In this document: positions 55,858 to 64,000 of the stretch, piece after piece
How positions within the stretch are numbered: the first letter of the stretch is position 1
Layout of the letters: the number at the start of each line of letters is the position of its first letter
The notes under the pieces: generated by a model
Told to the model about the DNA's origin: nothing
The model's database searches: none
Seen by the model: only the letters and a program-made list of their open reading frames with translations
NCBI RefSeq assembly: GCF_009914755.1
Contig: NC_060928.1
Source: the human T2T-CHM13v2.0 reference genome, Homo sapiens
Strand: one strand, 5' to 3'
Length of the DNA stretch: 64,000 nucleotides
Translations under genes and position numbers: made by a program

Positions 55858-58014
55858 CAGGGCTCAAAAGAGAGGTTTTCAATCTCTTTTATTTTCCCTA
55901 CACTTATAGTTCTAAAATTTCATCTGATTGATTTTTGCTGTAATTGTTTCTATTCCTAACCATTTTGAGTTTCCATATTCTAACTGGAAAGGGAAAGACA
56001 CCTTTCACAGTGCATCATTCCTGTTGTCACAGGATGAGACAGAGGTGGCTGACCTGTGATCCACAGAGCACAGAACATTGCTGAGTGCTTTTTTAAGGTG
56101 ATGTGCTTCTTGTTTTCTGTGAGGGTACAGGAGCCACGACTCATAGTGGATAAAGTCTTCTAGAAATTTCCCATCATATGTATGAAGACCTTCAGTGTAA
56201 ACAGTGTCTTTTAGGGAAGAAAAATAAGTGTCATGAGGATAAAAAGTTGTGGTGGGGAACCTAGGCCTGGCTCTCTGTGTTGCTGCATTGAAATTAGAGA
56301 TTTCACTGGTTGGGTAGAGCGGTGCTGCTTTTTCTAGATCATTTAGATAGACTCTGATTTAAATATGTTACATGAAGGCTCTATTTAACTATATATACAC
56401 TTTTTCATTCTCTTGGGATCTGATAATGTTTGGGTGGATTGTGTGATTAATTAAGTGCAGATGGTTTTGTGCTCATACAAGAGTTTAACATTGTTGGGGG
56501 AAATTGAATAGATAAAGTAAAAATAGACTTCGTTGCCGTTTTGCTAAGGACAAATTAAATGATTCATCTTCAGATTGTCTATCCCTGCCATTAATTTGAT
56601 GGGGGTGTTATGATATGATAGTCTCTTGAATAACTAAGTTAAAGTTGGTTATGAAATTATTTGTTTAGTGGATTTTGCTCAGATCATTTTTCAATAGGTA
56701 GAAGTTTTCTGTAAGAAGGTGTGGTGAACAAATTTCTGTAATTGGGCCGGACAAAGAGCTCACTCTTTTTTTTAAAAGTAAATCCTATAGCAAATTATTC
56801 TAAAGATCTTTGGGAGAGGATGGGGGCAAATATGTGTAATGGTGCCTCTCCTATCTTCAAGAGCGGTAGTCTTGCCATAAACAAGTTCTGAATAAATCCT
56901 AGTTCAAAGCAGTAGAGCAGATAGGAAACATGTCCTGCCTTGTAAGGGTGCTCTAAATATGTTAATAGAGTCTTGAATTCTCATTAAGTCATTGACCAGA
57001 ACAATTAAGAGAGTAAAAATGCTAATAGGTCAAGATTCAACATCCAAAATAATACTCTTGGACTTTCAATTAGCATTTTTAGGTAACTCAATGATAGGAA
57101 AATTCCTTTGCTATTAAAGAAAACAGCAACACAGAATACAGGAAAAGAGAGAGAAAATAATGGAAATGCTTTCAAAACAGGCCCAAAGTTGCAAAATAAA
57201 TAGTAAAATAAAATAGATACTTTTTGTGTGTGAGAGAAAGTCCTTGTCTAAAAAGCCCCAGGAGGGGGCTAGTTTATCTTAGTTTTCTTAATTTTCATAC
57301 TTTTGACTCAAGCATTTTTTTAAAAAATGAAAATAGTTCTTTTTGTAACTCTCTAGGAATATGTAGGAAGTGACACATTAAACTGAACGGTTCTTCATAC
57401 TTAAGTTTGACCACTGTGAAGAGTCTGATTGGACAAGGAGTTGCGTATTTGACTACTTCTTGTGTATGAAGAACCACATTGGCAGCAAACAGTGAAAGAT
57501 GATAAATCATATTCAAATGGATTTAAAAATAGTAATGTATTATTCTGATGAGAAACTGAGCATATTACTGTGACAAAGAGAAAACTGAAGTAAACAACAC
57601 TAGTTTTTTTTTTAAGGAATGAAGAAGTTTTGAGAATATGTAGGTCACAACCATCACATCATATATAAATGATGATCAGACTATAAAAATACAGCTAATC
57701 TAGGAGAAAATGGGGAGGGGGACATGTTTTCATGTGAATATGAATATTTTAATGTGTAATTGATCTATTTAGTACATTTGCAAAAACACCACAAGCCACA
57801 GGACTTTATTAGCGATGACACATGAAGAAAATGCAATGTTCATAAATTACAGTAAAGAAAATTTGAGGGGTTGTTATTGCATTTTGCATGGTATTTTAAG
57901 TACAGGTTCTCACCTGCACTGTTCGTATAATGGAATTATTTTTCTGTGCCTCATTTAAAAAAAATGACACTAATGGCTTAAATATTGATACTGGAACATT
58001 ATCACAATGTACAA

Positions 58015-58235
58015 CACCTCTTGAGCACTTAATGTCAGTCGCTTGTGCTAAGGACTTATGAATTGTCACAATGACTGCGTGAGATAGGTACTGTTATTTG
58101 ACCCATTTCGCAGATGAGGAACTGAGGCTTTGGGAGGTTAAGTCACTCTCTGCCTCCTTGTAACTGGTAAATGATCTCACTCTGTTCACTCTCAGGTATG
58201 TCTGATTCTGAAAATCAAGTCTTTACTATTCTACC
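58015..58235 (-). mobile_element. MIR
   Basis: GAGATAGGTACTGTTATTTGACCCATTTCGCAGATGAGGAACTGAGGCT..AGGTTAAGTCAC. Confidence 0.8.
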
Positions 58236-61068
58236 TCCTCTTTGCAGATTCTGGAAAATCACCTAAAGTGTTGTTCTCCACATTGTCAGCCAAGCGATGG
58301 GTCAGATAAGTTTTATCCACTTTCTTGAACTTAGAGGCTTCCAGAAGAACCAACATCATGCAGAGGAAAGGGGTCATCCCCATTTAGATGTGGGAGGAAA
58401 GATGTGCAATTGCACAGTTGACTCATGGTGTTTGGTGTGCCTGTAGCTTGGCACAATGTCCAGAAAATAAAAATGAGGCTAGACTGGTTCTGACATACAG
58501 CTAAGGATGGTGGCCTTCTCAAGGTCTCGTTCAGATGCTGGGCATAGCCCTGTGTGCTTAAGATTTCCCACCCCTTAGGCGGGCCTGAAATCGGTATAAG
58601 GCAGTGTTCCTCTTACTACAAATGCACTTGTCTTCTTAGTCTTAAATAAGAGATACCCTTGCTTCTTCACAGATTTCCTTAATAATCTTCAGTGATAAAT
58701 GGTCTGTGTTCATGGGAACCCAGGGTTTTTAGGACACTGCTGCTGTATGCATGAAAGTTGAATTGCCGGAATTCAAAACTTTTTATTTAAACTCAAACCC
58801 ATCCTTCTGCATACAATTTTATTGTTTCTAGGAATATTCAGTTGAAATGGCTTCTGCATACTGATGTAACAAGAATAGAAACAGTGGGAAGGATAAAATG
58901 TGTATCCCAGAGGCACTATTCAGAACCTTCTGAGCTATGTTCCTCGATGCTCAGTTTTTATTAACGGTTGAATTAAGAGTGAGATAAATTGAGTTAAGCC
59001 CTGTCTCATAGCAGCATAGTAACTGGTGACCACAAACGATCGGTATCTCAGATATTGGGTGATGGCACAGACATAGTAAGTCCTTAAAGGGCAGGTCTGT
59101 AATCCGAGCATTTCCTCTCTCTTCCAGGCATGACTAATTAAACTCCTTGATAGTGAGGTCATGAGAGTGCCCTCCCATCCTAAGCAAATTCATTTTCAAA
59201 GAGCACCTACTTTCACATTTATTTGCAAGCAACTTCTATTATTTAATTTCATTTACTCAAAATAATGAGTAAAAATTTGAAGCTTTGCCTGATGGGGGAC
59301 TGGATGCTATCAAAGTATTAGAGTGCAGGCCAGCGACCGCTTGGTTTGGAATGCCACACGCCACATCCAGAGACCTTTTCTCATTGTTGTGTTGCATTAA
59401 ACAGCGACAGCCTGGCACAGAGTAACAGTGAGCTGCATAAAAGGTCAGGTGCTGCATTTTCATCTTTGGTTTGTGTTATTATTTTTCTGCCTGTTAAATG
59501 GTGCTGTAAGCCTTAAATAGCTACTTTACATTCCTGTGGGGATATTGTGTGCATTTTGATGAATCCGTCATGGTTTACTTATTTTGTGCTTCCACCTCTT
59601 TATATTAAAAATTTATATTTTTTTTTAGTTAGACATTTCAAATACTGGGCTTTTAAACACTGGTGCTTCTTGTGGTCATTGCACAAGAAAGATTGCCTTT
59701 ATTACAGAATGCAACTGTGGGGAGTGCGCAGAGGATAATCTACACAAGATCTTAAAACCTGGATATTATTCCTGGACTACCCCTCTGTTTTCTAAAGAAC
59801 CCATTTGACTTTCAGTTTACTAGTGGTAACAGAAACCTTTAGAAATAGTGTGTAGAATTAATTCTCTTTTGAAAGCAACAGGATCCTTCTCATGCATTTT
59901 CCTTTTCTTCATTTGCAGCGTTTTGCGTTTTATATGTGAGTAAGAACGGGAAAAAAAGTAAGCATTAAATAGCAAAGATAAAAGCCTTAGAGCCCAGATG
60001 CAGAGGCAGTTGACAATACAGGCATCACCAGAAATGAGCTTTGCACGGATATTCATCTAGTGAACAGTTTGGTTACTGTATGTGATATTTATAACACATT
60101 AAAACATGGAGATTGTCCTGTGCAAGCTTTTTGGCACCCTTTTGCTTCGCAGGGTTGATAACATGGTTGGCTTAACAACTTTCAGCTGGTAAAAATATGG
60201 AGGCATGATTTGGGTCTTCTGATTTATCTCCTTTTGTTGTTGTTGCTTTCTTCTTATCTCTTTCACTCCGATGCCTATGTCCTTTGGTATTTCTCATAGC
60301 TTGACATGTAGCGGTAATGGTTCTATTAGCTGTGGCAAATCTGCTGAGCTTGCTCTTCAAGGCAAGCATGTCGTCACCGGTACTTTTTGCAGTTCCTTAT
60401 TAGTACGTGCCCTTTACTGACTCTGCAAGAGCCATCACCTAGAATTAAACATTTTCTGCTAGACCTGTCCTTACTCTGTGCAAAATGATTATAGTCCATT
60501 ATGCCACCTCCTTGCTGACAGCCAGATACTGCTGAGATTACAATAAAGTCCCTGCAAATTCAAATATGATGCTACCTCGGCGTACAGGGGTCTTTGATAG
60601 CGAGAACCATTTGAAGAAATGCCTTCCAGAGATCAGAATATGAGACGCTTCTTGAAATCATATTATGGAAACACCTGGTTACTATTAGATTGATAATATC
60701 AAGAGCTAGGATCTTGGGGGTTAGATTAGTAGAAAGGCTAATGCTCTTAAATTATCCTAGAATAGGATAGGGCTAACTCAGCATAGGTCCGAAAGTGCTG
60801 CCTCTGCAGAACAAATAGCACCCAACCAAAAATGAGAATTTCCAATTTCTCTAATTTTAGGGTTATCATTTACATTTCACTCCAAAAGTGCTTTTCTTGT
60901 TTAGCTCAGCAAAAGCAGTTTCCTTTTATTCCTCATCAAATTTGGAATAAAGAACCCAGAATCTGGAGAAGCCAGTAAGTTCCAAGGATTTCACAGAAAT
61001 ATCAGTCATAGCAAAGGCAGAGCCACTCTTGATGGTTGGCTGTCTGATAGTCTGTAATTAAAGCGGGG

Positions 61069-61075
61069 TTTCTTT

Positions 61076-61143
<68 letters not shown>

Positions 61144-61146
61144 TTT
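61069..61146. repeat. (TTTC)n tetranucleotide STR
   Basis: Long, nearly pure TTTC array. Confidence 0.97.
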
Positions 61147-61499
61147 GCTTCCCTCATATATGTGATTCTCCTTCTATCTTCTGGGAAATCTTTCTCTTTT
61201 AGCTCTTCTTCATAAAGCTGACCTCATATTTTCTGTAGTCATTGCCCACCAAGTGTAGCCTGTGTGTGTTCTCCCTCCATTCAAAAATTTAAACACAAGC
61301 TCTGAAATCTGATTTAATGTTCTCCTGGGAAACTTCAGATTTGTAGTTGTAATATTTCACGGAGAGATATCACAGGCAACTCAAAGACATTATTTTCCTT
61401 TAAAAATGAATACACTCAAGTATTAAACATCCTTTTTGGATGGATGGTATACGTTAACTTTGCCATTCAAAAATGAAGCCCCCAAACCAATCACAACTA

Positions 61500-62190
61500 G
61501 TTGATAGAGATATATCCCAAGAATTACTGAAGGACAAAGGAGTGATATTGCCTTACCTTGGCGCAGTGGCTACTCTAGGGGAGAAGGTCTTTGACTATGA
61601 TCAAGAGTACGGTTTTATCAGGCAGAGTAGGAGGAAACAATACAGGCCCGGTTTTAGCAACATGAAAGGGATTTTGGATTGTTCAGGATTCTGTTGTGGT
61701 TGAGGAAGCAGAGCACATTGCAGAATATTTGGGCTGACAGGTACTTGGGGTTTTCTGAATACTGTAGAAACGTGCTTCGACTTTGTAGGAAATAGAAGCT
61801 ATCAACAGCTTATAAATAGTAATTATTTGAGATCTGTGTTGTAGGAAAATAATTCTTGCAGTAGATGGTTTGGGAAGACAAAATTCAGTGGCACAGAGGC
61901 TGGAGTGGGGCTTAGGAGACAGAGGATGAATACCCTGACAAATAAAATGGTGAAAGAGGGATGAGGTGAGATGTACAAGGCATATATAAAGTTGAATGGA
62001 TAGCGCTTGGTGAATAGATGTGGATGTGTTGTATTCATGAGGACAACCCATACCATTTATTTTAAGGTTCCTGTTTTAGACAATGGAGTAGAAGATGTTT
62101 CCAATATCTGACACAAAGAGTACCACATTAGACACTAGGTAATATGACCATTGCTTTCCTTCCTCCCTCTAGTGCTTTGACATTGTTGAG
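61500..62190 (-). mobile_element. L2 remnant
   Basis: TTTGTAGGAAATAGAAGCTATCAAC, TTTGAGATCTGTGTTGTAGGAAAATAATTCTTGCAG, TAGACAATGGAGTAGA. Confidence 0.6.
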
Positions 62191-63711
62191 TCATGCCTCA
62201 GCTATGGACAAGGCATATTATTTATGTGATCCACTTTTCAGTGTTAACTTTGAAAATCTGTGATATGAACCATAAGATTATCAATATTATGTTTTGGTGT
62301 AATGTAGTACCATTTCTAACTTACACTTTACAGAATGTTTTGATAGAACTAAACTTTCAGTATGTTTTATCTTTTTTTGTTGTTTTTTCTCCTCCCTTAG
62401 TGTATTGCCCATGAACCTTTAGGAATCCTAAGATAGATCAATGCCACATTAAAATTTAAGGAACTACTTCATCAAAACCACATGCTTCATTTCCTGAGGA
62501 TTGTCAGCAAGCCAGATAAAAGAAAACATGTCAGAAATCTGTATTGCTGTTATTGATGCTTCTTGCTTAACTGCTGCATTACTGTGATGGTGGTCCTAAG
62601 TAGTTTCCTTTCCATAAAAGCTCAAAGAATGCATGCAGCAATGACAAGGAATGGGTCAAAATTTCATTGGGGACTTTTGAGAAGTGACCACAGTGGTTTA
62701 AGTGCTTAAGTTCTTGGATCATTTCTAACATATCAAAAGGTATTAATGTACTTTTGTATGGCTATTTTTTTACTGTTTTAAAATTCTAAAATGGCAGGTC
62801 AGACTAGGCCAAGCATTGACAGGCTTTTAAAATTAATGTTTAATAAGATGGGGTGGCTGCCAGTACCTTAAAAGAATAGTGAATATGACTTGGATAAATG
62901 TAGCATATTCTTTAAATTTGGCTTCTGGCTTGTAGATGGATATAGAAGCTGTTCTCGCCTTCCCTCTCTGTCCTTTCTTCTTTCCTCCCTTTTTCTCTGC
63001 CATTTCTTCTTCCTTTCTTTCAAGCATCATTGCTGCCTCTTTCTCACTCTTTGTGCCCCAAAGAAGGCTTCACTCTTAAGGATGATCCTTCTTTAAAACA
63101 CAATGGCAGATCATAAGTTCTATTCCATTCGATAACCTCATTAAAGCCATGGCAACACTACTGCTTATTTATTTCAAGGACCTATATTGAGTTTAGAATC
63201 ATAAATATTCATTACAAATTTCGTGAAAGGGAAGCAGAACTGATAGAAAGTCAGTGTATTTTGTCATATTGTGGTTAGGATTCTCTGGGACATGGATTAT
63301 ATACATAAATAAAACAAATGCACTGAACATTCAGACAGCCTTGGAACAGTGCCTTATGGGAGTAAACATATGCTTTTAAAAAATGCATCACAGTAATACA
63401 GTTTATCAATAATCCACCCTCGGTCCAACTGAGTCTCCAGCATATCTAGTATATTAGAAGCCATTCTGGAACTTATTCCCAGCATGCTCCACTTCGGGCA
63501 ATAATTGACCTATGCCATCACTGTGGAAATAAGAGGCAGGAGGTTTCTTCTTTGGGGGATTCACCCAGAAATGGATATGCCTCATCAAGAAAGTCTAGAG
63601 ATTTTCAAACTACCCAATGTTGTAGACCATGACGCTTACAAGAGGGTGTCATCTGAGGAGTCCTAGGGGTCCTGTAATCTGACTATTGATTACCCTCAGG
63701 AAATTTTTATC

Positions 63712-63922
63712 TTACTTTATTTTTGAGACAGGGTCTCGTTTTGTCACCCAGGCTGGAGTATAGCAGCACCATCTCTGATCACTGCAGCCTAGACAACCGG
63801 GGATTAAGCAATCCTCCTGCCTCAGCCCCCCAAATAGTTGGGACTACTGGCGCACACCACCATGCCCAGCTAATTTCTGTATTTTTTTTGTAGAGACGGG
63901 GTTTTGCCATGCTGCCCAGGCT
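63712..63922 (-). mobile_element. 5'-truncated AluJ
   Basis: GAGACAGGGTCTCG..CACTGCAGCCT..TTGTAGAGACGGGGTTTTGCCATGCTGCCCAGGCT, then unique sequence. Confidence 0.9.
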
Positions 63923-64000
63923 AGGAATTCTTATTTTTAACTTGAATCTTCCCAGTGCTACTCTAGATTTTTATCTTATGTTTCCTGCCTTTTGCAGTCA

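Noticed and set aside
60172-60369. 65-aa minus-strand ORF (MLALKSKLSR...)
   Set aside because: In-frame stop shortly upstream, composition driven by the purine-rich complement of a pyrimidine tract, no homologue recognised
62161-62176. CTCF-like CTCCCTCTAGTGC
   Set aside because: Mismatches at key core positions and located in or next to an L2 remnant

Overview
AT-rich primate (most likely human or great-ape) non-coding DNA, probably a large intron or intergenic interval. I cannot name the host gene and no protein-coding exon is supportable. The listed ORFs are Alu, LTR or L2 read-throughs or chance ORFs. The window holds about 21 Alu/FLAM copies (about 15 on -, 6 on +, many with visible target-site duplications, TSDs), two complete ERV1-type solo LTRs (MER39/MER34-like and MER50-like), MaLR LTR pieces, a Tigger4a/MER46-type MITE, an ORSL-like hAT element, many MIR/L2 remnants and several microsatellites. 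The best finding is structural: a single MLT1A/MST-type LTR has been split by a ~640-bp micro-inversion (40950-41590) with an exact 16-bp inverted repeat at the breakpoints, and flipping the segment restores the LTR and its TSD. Other items worth checking are young local tandem duplications, internally deleted Alus, candidate microexons and non-coding exons, a near-perfect SOX2-OCT4 motif and a CpG-retaining unique block near 59.3-60.7 kb. I found no convincing new biological system. Repeat family names come from recalled consensus sequences, and the boundaries of old repeats are approximate.
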